From Neovahlkampfia damariscottae (lineage: Eukaryota), in assembly GCA_016618085.1 (NCBI GenBank), contig JABLTG010000178.1, forward strand, positions 1 through 36,590: a DNA stretch of 36,590 nt, written 5' to 3'. Within the stretch, counting starts at the first letter, position 1. Each line of letters opens with the position of its first letter. The translations under genes were made by a program, and so were the position numbers. Of the stretch, positions 12,059 through 24,179 are shown one piece after another. The notes beneath the pieces are model-generated. The model was given only the letters and a program-made list of their open reading frames with translations, had not been told where the DNA came from and did not search any database.

Positions 12059-13219
12059 ATGGAAGAAAAAAAGCAGATTTTATTGGATTTGTTGAAATAC
12101 GCAAAAAACCATCAATTCTATTCAGAATTGAATTTAAAAGGAGAATATATTGAAGAATTTCCTGTTGTGTCAAAAAAAGAACTTTTTCAAAAAATTGAAA
12201 CATTACTCGAAAATGAAACTTTAAAAAATACTTATTGGAGTCCAAGTGGTGGAACAACATCAAATGATTATATCTTTATGTTTCCATCAGATTTCAAAGA
12301 AAACAAAAAACAAAGACAACTCTTCGTTGAACAATTAAAAAATCAAAAAATTTTAACACAAAAAACAATTGCTTTGAATTTATTCTTTGGAAATGGTTTG
12401 TATCGATCAAAAGAAATATTTAATGATTATGTGGAAATGGTTTCTGGAACTGTTTTTCCAGGTGGTTACACATTAAGTGATTCTGATGGTTTTTATATTT
12501 CAAAAAAATTTAAAGTCAATACCATAATGGGATATCCATCAAGAATGATTAAATTTGCTAAATATTGTCAAGACAATAACTTGAAAATTGAAATTGAAAA
12601 TTTTATTTATGGTGCTGAAAAATTGGAACCACAAAAAGAGAAATACATCAGAGAAACTTTAAAAGTTAAGAATATTCTTGGTTGCTATGGTTCTTCCGAA
12701 TCAGGTGTTTGGGCATGGACTATTGGTTCTAATATTTATAATTATGATCCAAAAATGATGTATGTAGAAGTATTGGATAAAGGAGAAGATGAAATAGGCT
12801 CTTTGGTAGTTACAAACCTTGTTAGGACAAAGTATCCATTAATTCGTTATGAAACTGGTGATTTAGCAATTCCAATGAAATCTGGAAAATTTCAACTGGT
12901 CAGTCGAAAATCAAATTCCTTTTCAATTGCAGGAAGTTATTTTTCTCTGGAAAACTTAGAAAAGGAATTTAATGATTCTGTTGTTGAATATCAAATTCAT
13001 TTATCAGTTGAAGAGGATTCAATGATTGATATTCTGCAAATAAAAATCGTCAGCAATGATGAAAAAAAAAATTCAGAAACTGAAAAACGTTTGAATGTCA
13101 TTTTTGGTTTCTTAAAGAATTTGATGATTTTAAGAGTGGAATTTGTTGAAGTGAAAGATTTAAAGAAATCCAAAAATGCAGAAAAGGTGATTAAAGTTGT
13201 TGACACCAGATTTAATTGA
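12059..13219 (+). CDS. Phenylacetate-CoA ligase (PaaK)-like adenylate-forming enzyme, intronless
   Basis: ANL-superfamily motifs: P-loop-like SPSGGTTS, GYPS, YGSSESG, LVVTNL and PLIRYETGD. Confidence 0.8.
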   Translation: MEEKKQILLDLLKYAKNHQFYSELNLKGEYIEEFPVVSKKELFQKIETLLENETLKNTYWSPSGGTTSNDYIFMFPSDFKENKKQRQLFVEQLKNQKILTQKTIALNLFFGNGLYRSKEIFNDYVEMVSGTVFPGGYTLSDSDGFYISKKFKVNTIMGYPSRMIKFAKYCQDNNLKIEIENFIYGAEKLEPQKEKYIRETLKVKNILGCYGSSESGVWAWTIGSNIYNYDPKMMYVEVLDKGEDEIGSLVVTNLVRTKYPLIRYETGDLAIPMKSGKFQLVSRKSNSFSIAGSYFSLENLEKEFNDSVVEYQIHLSVEEDSMIDILQIKIVSNDEKKNSETEKRLNVIFGFLKNLMILRVEFVEVKDLKKSKNAEKVIKVVDTRFN

Positions 13220-13278
13220 TTCAATATTTTTCTAGCAAGTATGTAATAATTGTTTGAATAAAGATTGATAAAAATAGT

Positions 13279-13381
13279 AGTAGTAGGGGTCTATGCTTAA
13301 AACCAGAGTAAATTTTACAAAAACAAAGAGTAACAAAACCCCTCAAAATTCAACCCGATTTTTTCAACTCCGAGCCAACCG
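13279..13381 (+). repeat. Left TIR (~103 bp)
   Basis: agtagtaggggtctatgcttaaaaccagagtaaattttacaaaaacaaagagta...ccaaccg matches the reverse complement of 25371-25476 with about a dozen substitutions or indels. Confidence 0.95.
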
Positions 13382-13717
13382 CCAGGTAGGTAGGTGGAAT
13401 GGCCCAAGCTCTAGCCCATAAATTACACCGATGAAGCCTCCAGCGGGTTAAATTTACCGTTTCCTCAAAAAAACATACTTTTTCCGACGCTTTAAAATCC
13501 ATTTTCGCCGAGATACACCAAATACAAAATTATATTTTCTCGCCCAGAGCTCTCAACTCGGTAAAAAAACAAAAATTTTCTCAAAAAATTTAAACGCCTT
13601 TACAATTGATTTATTTTCTACATACACACTTTTCAACTAACTTTTTTCTCTTTTTATTTGTTTTTTAATTTTTTTCCAATCAACTGTACACAGACAAGTC
13701 ACAAATCAAACACTCAA

Positions 13718-14715
13718 ATGAACAACAGAACACAAACTACTGCCTTAAATAATTTTGTGAAGTCAAAACAAAACTTTTCAGAATCAGAAATTGATAGATT
13801 TCGATCAGACACTTTGAAAAAAAGGAAAAGATTTCTAAAAGTTTGTTATGCCATTACTCTTTGCGTTATTACAAGCTTTTGATATTTTTTTCTTATTTAC
13901 TTGATATTGATTACTTTCCTTATTTTGTCCCACACTACGGATCATATGACACAAAAACTAATTTTGTCTATGACAACGCTGTTAACGACAAAAAACTTTC
14001 TCAGACAGAGCAGCTTACGTTTCTATTGACTGGGATTTTTTTTATATTATACATTTGTTCAACGATATTATATGCGTTATTTCCATCAAAAGTTTTACAC
14101 GTTTTGGATAGAATAGTTCCTTTCGGTTTTTATATTAGTCTTGCATCTCTGCTTCAATCTTTCGATAAAGATATTAAGGGAAAGTACAGAAAAAGAGAAT
14201 TAGAAAAATTTTATAAGTCTTCATTGGTTATTGTTGACACAAATTCAAACTTACGTGATGATGAGATAGAATCAAGAGCTTTAAATTCCATCCATTGTCA
14301 AGGTGGAATATTCAATACAGTTTCATCGAATTGTGAAATATACGTCGATGCGCTATTGGACATAAACGGTTGTTCCTTCGAAATATCTGACATTGAAACT
14401 GGATCAGAAATGACAACTAAACAAAAATTATCGAATCTTAACGTTTCAAATTGGAGGCTTTGTGTAATTGGGAATATTTTCATGTTTTTCAGCATCATCT
14501 ACTGGGTTCTTTCAATTGTAGTGAAGGATGTATACTATGGCAAACAAAAGAAACTAGTAGCTGGCAAAATGTTCAAATATGCTGTCGCACCATACCTTCC
14601 AATTCTTATATTCTTTGGAAAACACATAAAATGGAGAAAGACCAAAATATTGTTGATTCTTGCTTTGAGTTTTTTAATATGCCAAGGAAATTTTTACAAA
14701 CTCCTCATTGAATAA
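13718..14715 (+). pseudogene. Multi-pass membrane protein of unknown function (cargo), one frameshift near 13875
   Basis: ATG 13718 after CCAAT 13676. The two overlapping ORFs join if one T is restored in a T-run. Several hydrophobic segments. Confidence 0.55.
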
Positions 14716-15091
14716 AATATTACCTTTTGAATTTTCAAATCTTTCAATCTATTTCCTACAACGTTTCATAATTCATCATGTCCAATTAAAGAATCTTCAT
14801 ATACAGACCATCTTTTTCCATTCGAATAACAGACAAGATTCCATTTTCAACTTTTAAACAAATGGAATAGTATAAAAAATACCGTTGGAATGTTATGAAA
14901 AATATGACAACTCCACAGAAGAAAAATTTAACAGGTTTAAACTAGTTTATGACAAGTTTTATGCAGAATATTTGAAAATATATCCAGATCGCTGAAAATG
15001 GATGGAAGAATATGGTTGTTATGAAAAAAATGAATAAATATGAAATATAAACAGGTTTAAAGAAATTATTATATAAATTAATTATATAACA

Positions 15092-15277
15092 ATGACAAAA
15101 ACATGAACATTTTGTGACAAACCAATCAGACAACCAATTGGAAATTCAAGAAAAAATGGCAGAAATCACAACGATTGGGAAGATAGAACAATGCAAAAAA
15201 AGTGTTTCAAAATTCAACAAGGTAATGATGTAATGCATCAAATATACCTAAGATGGGAACAAAAACAAAAATATTAA
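15092..15277 (+). pseudogene. Small viral Zn-finger-like protein with a premature stop
   Basis: MTKT*TFCDKPIRQPIGNSRKNGRNHNDWEDRTMQKKCFK. This resembles the CxxCxK..IG..RKNG..H.DW..R..HKKC pattern I recall from small PLV/virophage/NCLDV proteins. TGA sits where the first Cys is expected. Confidence 0.55.
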
Positions 15278-15411
15278 ATTGATTATATAAATGGAATTTT
15301 TAGAGAATTTGAAAGCAAGGAAGGTTATTATTGGGTTCCAACGTGCAGCATTTGAAAAAGAGTCATAAAGATCATTAAGTCACCATAAAAACAAAATAAG
15401 TTTCAGTTGAT

Positions 15412-16181
15412 TTATTGATAAGTCTTCTTTTTAGAAAATTCTTTGAACCAAATTCTTTTACAAAAATCATTCCATTTCATTACCTCTTCTGTCAATTCTG
15501 TAACCACATAGTTCTCTGCTAAACCATCTTCCATATCAAATGAATATTTTAAATCGGAATGCATTGGAGCTTGATTTTCAACATAGTAATATGGAGGTAA
15601 AACCAAATCATAAAGATCTTGAGATTTAAAACTCAAAAATACTATGATTGGAATACCAGTTTTGTCTTCAAATAACTTAAAGATACGATAATGAACCCTT
15701 AAATCATTATTGTCAATAAAGCACTTTGAAAGATCTAAATAGTATTTTTGAGATTTCGGATCGCATTGAGTCAATAATTTTTTTTCCATCTTTCACATTA
15801 TTGCCATGTTCTAATAACTTGTAAATTTTTTTTTTTTCATCTGAGTCTAAAAAAGAATTTGCAAGATTTTATAAAGTCAACTTGCGATTTTTTTTGATTA
15901 AAATTTGTGTCTCCAATATTAAATACATTTAAGAATTTGAAGTCAACTTTAAATTTATGATAATTTAAGTAAAAATATGACGTAAAAATATTTAAAGTTC
16001 TTTTTGTGATTAATTTATATACAAAGATAGCTTCACTTTCCTTTAGCATTTCTTCTTTGTCGACTACAACTGTTTCGTCTTTACTTATAACTATTTTCTC
16101 ATCACTGTCTTCTATTTCAAGAAGATTTCTGTTGTCGTCGATCAGTCGATTCTTCTTCTCTTGTTGTTCATCACCTTTCAT
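15412..16181 (-). pseudogene. Hypothetical protein, probably one frameshifted gene
   Basis: Two adjacent co-oriented ORFs (114 and 125 aa) separated by homopolymer runs. No recognisable motif. Confidence 0.4.
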
Positions 16182-16430
16182 TTACTTGTTCGTTGCTGAT
16201 TTGATGTTTGATCAATGATTTTGTTGGTGGAAATTTGACAAAAATAAATGCAAATTAATTGGAGGAGTTTTTTATTTTTTTCGTGCTGATTTTTAACATT
16301 ATTAATTTCATCATGAAAAAAAATAAAAAATTAGTAAAATAGAATTATTTAAAAATTCATCACACTACTTAATAACAAAGCAAGGATACTCCAAAAAATT
16401 AGTAGACATGCCATTTAAATTTAAATAAGT

Positions 16431-16736
16431 TTAATTTCTCAACTGTAGTACTGTCTCACCCATCATTTCTTCAATTATTTGACTTCTCCTTTTTTCCTTA
16501 ATTTTGTTCATCACATTTTGATTAAAAACTTCCCAATCAGTTATATCTTTATTTGGTTCTTTTTTTGGTTGTTCAATTGGAATTGGATCATCCCGCATCT
16601 CAACCGAAGATCCACAACAGCTACTATTTTTAATATTCTGGATAGCGTATGCACCAGCAACAACAAAAGGACTTAAGAAACTAGTTATTATATTTATACC
16701 TGAAATAACTAGCAAAGCAATTTCAACACCGCTCAT
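16431..16736 (-). CDS. Small membrane protein with SSCCGS motif
   Basis: N-terminal hydrophobic helix followed by IKNSSCCGS. Clearly homologous to 34563-34805. Confidence 0.7.
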   Translation of the reverse strand: MSGVEIALLVISGINIITSFLSPFVVAGAYAIQNIKNSSCCGSSVEMRDDPIPIEQPKKEPNKDITDWEVFNQNVMNKIKEKRRSQIIEEMMGETVLQLRN

Positions 16737-16751
16737 TTATATATTAATAAT

Positions 16752-16973
16752 CTAAAAAAATTCCAAAAGATCAAATTTTGGCATTTTATCAAATATGTAA
16801 TTTTTAAAATCCTTCATGAAGCTCCTACCCACCAATAAAACCATATCATCAACAAACTTTTTCTTTTCTTCATTTGTTAATTTAGACATAATGATCAACA
16901 TAAAATTAAATAAGTTGTTTAAATTAACCATTTTATAACCTGTATAATAAGACAAAATGCTAATATATTCCAT
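16752..16973 (-). CDS. Small hypothetical viral protein
   Basis: 73-aa ORF tightly packed in the co-oriented structural gene block and preceded by the AT-only ...ATATATG start context. Confidence 0.45.
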   Translation of the reverse strand: MEYISILSYYTGYKMVNLNNLFNFMLIIMSKLTNEEKKKFVDDMVLLVGRSFMKDFKNYIFDKMPKFDLLEFF

Positions 16974-16978
16974 ATATA

Positions 16979-17664
16979 TTAATACTTGATTTTATAATCT
17001 TTAAAATTTTCTGGTGCTTTTCCAACATAATACTTTTGTGTCAAAGTATCTTCTTCATCTTCATTCCCACCATCTTCTACATCCATTAAAAGAAACTGAT
17101 ACTTGACTTTTGTACTAGTTTCTAAATATTTCTTTGCTTCTTTCAATGTTTCAAATTCAAACATAAAATTTTCATAAATTGCTTCAATTGATAACTTTTT
17201 TGTCTGCTTGAATGTGATAAAATATGTGCTACATTCTCTCAATAGTGTTGGTAATTCTTTAATGTATTGGGTGGTGAATATAAAAAGAATATTCGGGTGT
17301 CTGTACGTTGAACTTATTTTTTTGAACTTTGCACTTTCAAAATTAATCGAACCAATACAATCATCAAATATCACAAACGCAGGGGAAGCTTTGCCGTGTT
17401 CTTTATGTTGCTTAATTTGGATATTGTACAAATTGATCAGCGTATCTTCCTTATATTGTGAGTGTACATATTCTTTTGGTAGAGAATCATAAGATCCGTT
17501 CCATGCAGTTGGACAAAAAATAATCCATATTTTAATTTTTTGGTTCTAAAGATTTCAGCAATCAAATATTTGATCATATATGTTTTTCCACTTTTAGGTG
17601 CAGCACAAATGAAAGAAATATTCGGTAAATTATTCATCATTAATTCAAAGGGGTCTTTTTCCAT
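16979..17664 (-). pseudogene. A32/FtsK-like genome-packaging ATPase, frameshift near 17520
   Basis: Walker A AAPKSGKT, Walker B FVIFDD, YRH arginine motif and FTTQY. The frames join via ...YGLFF/CPTAWNGSYD. Confidence 0.88.
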
Positions 17665-17689
17665 ACTATAATATTAATTTATAAAATAT

Positions 17690-18899
17690 TTACAAAGTTT
17701 TAATTGTTCCATCTACAATTACGTATCTGCTAGCTGATCTAATATGAACAATAATGTCAGTTTGTGCAGCCAAAGCAGCAAAATTAACTGTTAATTGAAC
17801 ATCATTTTCTTCAAAAAATCTACCACCATGATATCTTTTAAATTCTGAAGTTTCAACTTTGTGATCAATAGCATAACTAACAAGAAATTCATTACCCGAA
17901 GCAGTACCAGAAAGAAGATTTTTCCACCCTTTTAATTCTAATTTTGGTAAAATAACTCTATCATAATAAGTTTTAGTAATATCCTTTTGAAGTCCATAGT
18001 TAAGGTATTTACCACCTGATTTTACATTCCATGAAGTAGGATCAATGAATGTGTCTGTGTAATCTGAAGCATCATTAGTATCACTTATTGCAGAATCTCT
18101 TAAGAACACCAAAAAGTCAATAATTCTTTTTCCTTTGACTTGTGGTAAATTCAATACAACCGAAGTATCATTTTGTGTCATCGCTTTTGTGACAATGGTA
18201 TGATCGACGTTAAATACTGCTTGTGTAATAAGACCGTTAGCAGAATATGATTTACTGACAGCTTCAATAATACTTTTTTTAGCATTGACATATTCTAAAT
18301 CTAAATATGTGTCTGTAATGGAGAAAGTAGGATTTGTTTTATCAGTTTGAATGCAATATCTTACATTGTCTCTCAAGTAACCTTTGATTTCAACATCACG
18401 TTTTAAAAGAAATCTTGGTAATGGTTTTGATAATAATGCAAATAGCAATTTAAGAGGAATATTAAAAGTTTGTGCAGAACCTGCTAAGGTATCTCTAGTA
18501 CCAGATGAAGCAATACCAAGTTGTTGTGAAATACATGCATATTCATTTGAATTTTTGTATTATTTTAAATTATGAAAAACACAATCTGGATAAGCTGTAT
18601 CTACAATATCACCATCTTGCACAATTTCAAATTTATAAAACATTTCCAAACCCAAAGCATTCACACCTCTAATGTAAGTACCTCCTGATCCTGTTATTGG
18701 TCAAATAACCGTTACAAGAGATGCATTATTTAAAAATTTCATCACTTGGCTTTAGTTTCCATGTAGCTGTAGTATTAAATGCTGGCGTATTTGTTTCATC
18801 ACAAGAAACTCTTTCATTAGTGACATCTCCTATAATTTTACCATTTTGTAAAAGTTGCATAAGGTGTAATCTATCATCATCAAAAAATTGATCTTTCAT
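17690..18899 (-). pseudogene. Double jelly-roll major capsid protein (~400 aa), one frameshift and two stops
   Basis: Reconstructed N-half has VNALGLEMFYKFEIVQDGDIVDTAYPD and FNIPLKLLF..PLP..VEIKGYLR, typical of DJR MCPs. Beta-rich, and located between the minor capsid and ATPase genes. Confidence 0.78.
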
Positions 18900-18921
18900 A
18901 TAATAATATGTTAGAAGTAAA

Positions 18922-19642
18922 TTATTGTTCAATTGTAAAAAACAAAATATAATTAATTCCATTTAATAAAATTAAATTATTTTCATCATCAAATAATTCT
19001 ATACTTAGTTGTTCAATTCGATTTTGTTTGTTGTTTATATTGTTTATAATGTTTGTACTCTCCATTATGTAGTTATATTCCCTTTGATTCACAGAATTAG
19101 GAATAATAAAATTTTGTGATAAACTGGCTATATTACTGTCGAGGAGATTGTTAATTTTTCCAATTTTCAATTTGAAATATTTTGTTCCTGATAATTCATA
19201 CATATTTGTGCTATATATCAGTTGTCGATGCTGTTGTACTTGCAAGAAATCCGAGGATCTTCGCGAAACTGATATTACTTGCAAATTTATAAATAATACT
19301 TGCAGAAGATTGAAATCTAAATTTTTGAGTTGTAGAGCTTTGAGAAATGGTAAAAGTTGTACCAAACCAGTTTGTATTCAATTGAGTTTGAATTTCAGTA
19401 GCTAGTGTTGATGGAGTGTAAAATCCTTTGGTTAAATTAAAAGAATAATCAGTGCTTGCGTTTTCAACAGTACTAACATTGTTATTATCATGAATTAAAT
19501 ATTGAGTATTTGAAATGATACAACCAGTTAATTTAATATTTTTCACATTTTCATAAACAGTTTTTGGTCTATAAATCCACTTGTTATTGCTTGTTTCTAA
19601 AACATCTCTTCTTGAACTATCAATAACTATATTTGTTAACAT
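18922..19642 (-). pseudogene. Minor capsid (penton) protein, frameshift near 19215
   Basis: N-terminal IVIDSSRRD, internal G.Y...LATEIQTQLN and ILGF, C-terminal IEQLSIELFDDENNLILLNG. This pattern is typical of PLV single jelly-roll minor capsid proteins. Confidence 0.78.
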
Positions 19643-19655
19643 ATATAATAAAGCT

Positions 19656-20492
19656 TCATAAAAAATATTTCAAATAATTAAGAACCTCCAGTATTTTTTC
19701 CACATCTGTTACTTTCGTTATACTTCTTGGATTATATAATTTCTTTAACACTTCTTTTGTTTCTAAATTTTGAAGTTTATATTTATTTCCTACTTGTTCA
19801 ATTATCAAGTATATTGCTTTTGAATTTCGAATTGTATCTCCTTTTTGAAATGTCTTTTTATTTGAAATTATTCTCACTTTATCATTTATATTGAATTTTG
19901 GTGTAACAACTTTAATATCCTGATGATTTACATCACAGTAATTCCACACGTCTATTGGTCTCGCTTTGATGGTTGAATGAATGGTTGAATTATATTTTTT
20001 GATGATTGTTGGTAATTCATTGTACCATTTCCACATTTTCCCTTTACCCGATGCCACCCTTGCTTTTTGTAACAAATTAGATAATATGCGATTGAAACTC
20101 TCAACTAATGAATTCTTTATCACGTCATCTGGTTCAGAATAAATTACTTTCACATTATTTTTCTTCATCAACGCCACAAATTCATCAGAAATAAATTGAT
20201 TATCTGTTCTCAATTCTTTCGGATATCCCATTTCTTTGAAAACATCTTCCACTGCATCCATGAGAGTAACAGCTTCTGCACCCCTATACTTTCTTTTAAT
20301 TTCATATTTGTTAATACTCTACTTGCAACATATCTCGAATTTGTATCAACCACATTTAAAATATATTGATATCCATTGAGTTTAAATCTATTGTACATCA
20401 CAACATCCATAGAATAAAGATCTTTGTTCATTGACACTTGTTAATCCTTTTTCTGGATCATTTATCAATTCTTTGATTTTTTCGTCACTCAT
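19656..20492 (-). pseudogene. Retroviral-like (rve) DDE integrase, frameshifted and internally deleted
   Basis: YSMD..GYQYILNVVDTNSRY, ELRTDNQF, NSLVESFNRIL, YNSTIHSTIKARP and PKFNINDKVRI are Polinton-type integrase motifs. Consistent with the 6-bp TSD. Confidence 0.9.
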
Positions 20493-20688
20493 ATAATATT
20501 AATATAGATTTTGATTATTTAAAAATATTTTTTGGGTTTAAAGAATTAAAAATATATCCTACTATTATTATCCAATGGTTAGTCTAACTAAACTCGCAGA
20601 AGATTATAAAAATAAACAAGTTGTTATCTTCCAACAAAAAGATGAATACTATTATTTCTATCCAAATAAAGAAAAGAACCGTAAATAT

Positions 20689-21288
20689 TTATCTGATCAA
20701 TAGAAGAGGTGAAATATTTGGTTTTTTATTTGGTGATGGTGTTGATGAAGGTAACATAAGTTCGAATTCCTTTTCTCTTTTTTCAATAATAGATTTGTAG
20801 CCGAAAATAACTCCATCAACTTTAAATTTTTTACTTGACTCATCAAGATATCTTTTGATTTCATTTAAATCTGATATAATGGATTTTTTCAATTCATCAA
20901 TAGTGATTTTTGATTCATAGTTAAATTCTTTTTTTAATTTATCACGGGCACTTTTTCCTTCAGACGATTTTTCTCCAGATGAAAGAAATCCACTATCCTT
21001 CGATTCTGCATATAATTTTTTCAAAACCTCAAAGTGTTGATCTAAATTGTAATATTCCCTTTGAAAATTATCTTCGACTTCATCTTTCAATTCATTATAT
21101 TTTAAGTTCAGTTTCTCACTGGCATCAATGACATTGTCTCTCTTCAATTCTTTGGTATCTGTATTTTTTTCTTGATCATATTCAGTGATTGTTTCGCTGA
21201 ATTCCTTAAATAAACTTTTGATTTCATCAAATCTCTTGTCCCAAGATTCAAATAGTTTAACAGTTTTTGGTTTCAATCAGTCAGTCAT
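20689..21288 (-). pseudogene. Charged coiled-coil hypothetical protein
   Basis: 195-aa open frame rich in K/E. The likely ATG at ~21288 is followed by an in-frame stop. Confidence 0.4.
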
Positions 21289-21364
21289 GTTATAATCTGG
21301 GAACAAAAAATAATTTAAATTAAAATGAAAAAATCTGTGAGCAAAAAATCTGAGATTTTTTAAA

Positions 21365-21810
21365 GTAAATAAACTCCGCTTTGGTAAAGGTCATAACGAG
21401 GAAATGTTGTTGAAATTGTTACCAATCTTGTTGGTAATTTATAAGCTCAGTTAATATCTTCTTCTGACATTCCGCAATAAGTTTTCAATGTAACTAAAAT
21501 TTTTTAAGCATGTTGCTTTTGGAAATAAAGTTATAAAATGAGATTCATTCAAAATAATTGAAGTATTTTTATAATCTGTGAGTTTGTGGTTTGTACAAAT
21601 AACGCTAATTTTATGATGACGTCCTTTTTGTAATTGATCTCTTAAAGCAGCAACTTGCTTGAATATTTTTTTATTGATGATGCTATTAATATCATTCCGT
21701 TTATCACCACAAGACGAAATTTTATGCTTAAAAAATTTTAATTCAAAATGTGTATTCAATAATTTTTCTTTCTGATCAACAGAAACAAATAACTTACTAT
21801 TTTCTTCCAA
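21365..21810 (-). pseudogene. C-terminal half of a second A32-like ATPase paralog
   Basis: ALRDQLQKGRHHKISVICTNH..ILNESHFITLFPK, then after a frameshift LKTYCGMS..LPTRLVTISTTFP. No Walker A remains. Confidence 0.65.
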
Positions 21811-21870
21811 AATTATTTAGAAGGATAAATATCTAATGCTAATGTATTGATTGGCTATTTGTTTTTCAGA

Positions 21871-24137
21871 ATGGAAGAAAAGGTGGAAAAAGAGGTGAGC
21901 ATTGAAATACTAGAGGAACAAATGAAAAATTTAACTCTGAAAAAAAAAAACGAAATTGAAAAGATTTTACCAAAAGGAGAAATTATTGAAAGTGTTTGCA
22001 GCACTCTTGAAATCAATATGTTCGTATAAGCAAAAGGAGGAGGAAGAATTTCCAATAAAGATTTGTACGGATCTATTTTGCGACATGAAAAATATGAAGA
22101 AGTTAAAGAAAAACTTGAAACATCAATTGAACAAGAAAAAAAAAAACTTTCTGAAAAACTGAAAAAAAGAGGATCTTTCAAGGAATTCAAATCTAAACTA
22201 GAGGTTTGCCAAAAAGTTGTACCACAATTACACAAAGGCGATAAAGAAACTATATCTAAGTATAAGTGGGAAAATTCAATTAACACCTTTGGAGAACAAT
22301 TAAAAATCTTGAAAGTAACATGGAATCAATTTCAATTTTTAGAATACAACGAAAAATCTCATTTATTAGATAAAATAGCAAAAAATTAGATTTAATTAAA
22401 AGATATAAAAATAGAGAAACTTATAAAAAACAAGATATAAAATATTTATTACATATTGGAGATCTTTATTAGAATTAAGAAATATTTTATTAAAAATTGA
22501 TTCAAAAAAATATCCAGAATTTCAAAATACTTTACAAATTTATATTGTTTTTTTTTAATGGTGATAAAATTATTGTCAAAGAAAGTAAAGATCCAAATGA
22601 TATACTTGGTATTAGAATATTTAGTAGATTTTTTAGAAATGAAAAAATTGAAGAATTTCAAATTGAAAATAATTTTGAAATTTATTCAAATTCTGGTGTT
22701 TTTGAGTTAAGTATTGTATTAGATTTTTTAAATGATTATATCAATGAATATAACAATAAAAATAATATTGTCGGATACACACCAATTATTATCAATTTAG
22801 ATGAAATACAATATACGTTAAATGAATTTGAAGGAGATTGGAAACGTATTAGAAATAATATTGGACCATATATTTGGGGAAGAAAAGACAGAATTGAAGA
22901 TTATAATTTAATTTTAATACCAAGTATTGGAGGAACAAAAATTAATGATATTAAATTTCTTCCAACTGAATATGGTTTTTATGAATTTAAATTAGATTCA
23001 TTTACCATTGAAACATTAAAAAAAATATTGTCTGATGAAAAAATTAATCAATATGAAAATGAAAATATTAAAAGTGAATTTTATAGATTTTGGATATTGT
23101 GTTCTTTAATTCCAAGAGATTTAGAAAAAGGAATTAAAATTTTTGCAGATAATTACAATAAACTTCAAGAAAGTACTCAAAATGAAATTCAAATTGATAT
23201 TGAATTTATGAATGAATGTTATAATGAAATGAATATCAAAGAATTAGATGATGAAACAAAAAAATATTCAAATGATTTACTTTTAATATTATTTTCTATT
23301 CTTCAATATACTGAACTAGAAAATAAACATATCCAATTAACATATAAATTTATTGAAAAAGGAATTTTACATCAATTGAATGGTAGAATATTTACATCTC
23401 ATTTCATATTTAAAAAATTATGTGAATACAAAAAAATTTTACCTTTAGATTTATTACCAGATTTAAAAACATCAATAACATGGCAATTATTTAAAAAATT
23501 AGATTTATTTAGATTATCATTATTATTTCATTATAGAAAAGATATTAATTTTGGAGAATTACATAAAATAACAAATATTTTTCCAGGTTATGCCAATGAT
23601 GATATTTTAGATATTAAAATCAATTACAATGAAAGAGAATACGCATTAGAAACAAATCCTTTTATTGAATTGAAAAATAAGAAGTTAAAATATTTTTCGA
23701 CAAAATCAATTAAAATAACAAAAAGAAAAAATGAATTAAAAAGAGAAGATTTTTTAAAATTTATATTTCAATTACCATTAAATCATCCAAAATTTGATGG
23801 AAGATTATTTATTAAAAATCCAGATCAAAGTTGCATGGATTATTTAATATTCATTCAATATAAACATACAAGTGAAGAAGAAACAGAAAAAAATCCAATT
23901 CATTGGTATGAAGATATGATAACAAAAATGAATAATCATTTTATGGATTATGATAAAATTTATGTATTTATTACAAATGGAAAAATCAATGAGTACCAAA
24001 AAAAGAAAATTTTAGATTTTCAAGATTTAATTGTAATTGATAATGATAAACTTCAAGAATATATGAATCCAAATATATATTCATATTTTGGAGATTTAGA
24101 ATTATTAACTGTTGATGAAGAATCAAATTCAGAATGA
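21871..24137 (+). pseudogene. Crinkler-like NTPase plus PD-(D/E)xK (REase-fold) nuclease cargo; 5' part frameshifted
   Basis: Walker-B-like IIINLDEIQ, LIPRDL motif and C-terminal NHPKFDG....LIFIQYKH...YVFITN. The last 546 codons are open. Confidence 0.62.
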
Positions 24138-24179
24138 TTTAATAAAGTTTAAGATTGAAGATTTAAAAAAAAATCCAGC

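Noticed and set aside
13382..13570. GC-richer stretch inside the left TIR as a tRNA or ncRNA
   Set aside because: No cloverleaf or convincing long stem. It is more likely subterminal element sequence whose counterpart at the right end was lost.
15104..18700. TGA at a likely Cys position and stops in the MCP, suggesting an alternative genetic code
   Set aside because: The element also has TAA stops and many frameshifts, and a host gene ends in TGA (13217-13219). Ordinary decay explains it.
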